From Calcarisporiella thermophila CBS 279.70 (taxonomy: Eukaryota; Fungi; Calcarisporiellomycota), in assembly GCF_041956535.1 (NCBI RefSeq), contig NW_027192197.1, positions 259,829-323,828 on the forward strand: 64,000 nt of DNA. The letters run 5' to 3'. The notes beneath the pieces are model-generated. The model was not told where the DNA came from. It saw only the letters and a program-made list of their open reading frames with translations, and searched no databases. Positions 63,089 to 64,000 of this stretch are shown one piece after another. Made by a program: the position numbers and the translations under genes. Within the stretch, counting starts at the first letter, position 1. Each line of letters begins with the position of its first letter.

Positions 63089-63273
63089 CGTCTAAGATCG
63101 GGCCTATTCAGAAATTTGAACAAACTATTGTGTCCCGTAATCTTTTCGACTTTAGTTAATTGTGACTGTTTCCAAGTTATCTTATGAGCCAGGATTACAG
63201 AGGTCTTTATCTTTTATTCTTGATCCATTCCCTCACCTATAAAGAGAGGGGATGTTTAGACTAGTTTAAAAAT

Positions 63274-63835
63274 ATGAGCAGCGACAATTATCTTCATTAC
63301 CGCAGAAGCACGTAAGTAGTTGATCCCCTAAGCATCTGGAATAATATTTTTGATGAAATCATTAAAATTATAATCTACGACATTTGATTGCTCTTTCCCT
63401 TCTCAGGCTTGGTGTAGCCTTGATCGACTCACTAGATGAATTGGTCGCCTCTGGTCACATCAATCCACAGTTGGCAAAGCGCGTCGTAGATCAAGTAAAT
63501 ACATCTATTGTCTTTTTTGTAATATTTTTCAAATTTATGCTATGTAACCTCTACCATTCAGTTTGACAAGAGCATTGCAGAGGCTCTCAACGCTAAGGTG
63601 AAAAATAGAGCGACAATCAAAGTATGCATACATTTTTCAAGGATTATTTTTAGTTTGTGATGGATTGACGGCCCATTTTTAACCAATATAGGGTCACCTC
63701 CATACCTATCGCTTTCTCGACGACGTGTGGACTTTTATTATTGAAAACGCCAACTTTAAATTCGAGCAGGATAGTGTCGAGGCAGACCGAGTAAAGATTG
63801 TAGCATGCAACGCAAAGAAACCTGGCGAACAGTAG
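63274..63835 (+). CDS. TOA2: Transcription initiation factor IIA small (gamma) subunit
   Basis: [26 protein letters not shown]..|[10 protein letters not shown]|[27 protein letters not shown]. Confidence 0.96.
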
Positions 63836-64000
63836 AAGCGCTGTGAGGGTGCAGTACCTAGGCTGGTTTTTCTATTTTCTCTCTCTTTCTCCCTCCCTCC
63901 CTCCCCCCCTCCCCTTATTGTAATTTAGTACTATTCGCATAAATTTGGAATTTTTTAAATAAAAAAAAGGCTTGGCGGGCCACTGAAAACCCATCTCACT

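Noticed and set aside
1-64000. tRNA, rRNA, TPP riboswitch, CRISPR or prokaryotic operon-type systems
   Set aside because: The GGTTCGA and CTGAGA hits I examined fall in coding or non-folding contexts. I saw no repeat-spacer arrays, and the window is clearly spliceosomal eukaryotic DNA.

Overview
Gene-dense, intron-rich eukaryotic DNA from a fungus. It is most likely an early-diverging (Mucoromycota/Zoopagomycota-type) lineage, because it keeps TOE1, TMEM94 and RCCD1 next to fungal-type Gap1 RasGAP, Coa2, an Esc1-like bHLH and an SreA-like GATA factor. About 24 protein genes can be rebuilt by hand-splicing, plus one full-length but inactivated DD34E Tc1/mariner element with TIRs and a TA duplication. 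I found no tRNA, rRNA or CRISPR. The most notable signals concern Mg2+-type P-ATPases. (i) A nearly intronless bacterial-type MgtA (P3B) homologue has its TM4 gating Glu replaced by Ala (PAMLP instead of PEMLP). (ii) Its 5' leader appears to carry an intron-split 16-codon uORF ending 21 nt before the start codon, a possible eukaryotic analogue of mgtL leader control. (iii) A TMEM94/ERMA orthologue has variant DREGT and GMH motifs. Other candidates: an SreA-like GATA factor lacking the iron-sensing Cys box, a defensin-like 8-Cys secreted peptide, a GT32-LamG-acidic-tail fusion, a TOE1/LSM5 head-to-head pair, frequent AAG acceptors, and several unexplained hairpin or palindromic elements. All gene models and family calls come from manual reading and recalled motifs, not database searches.
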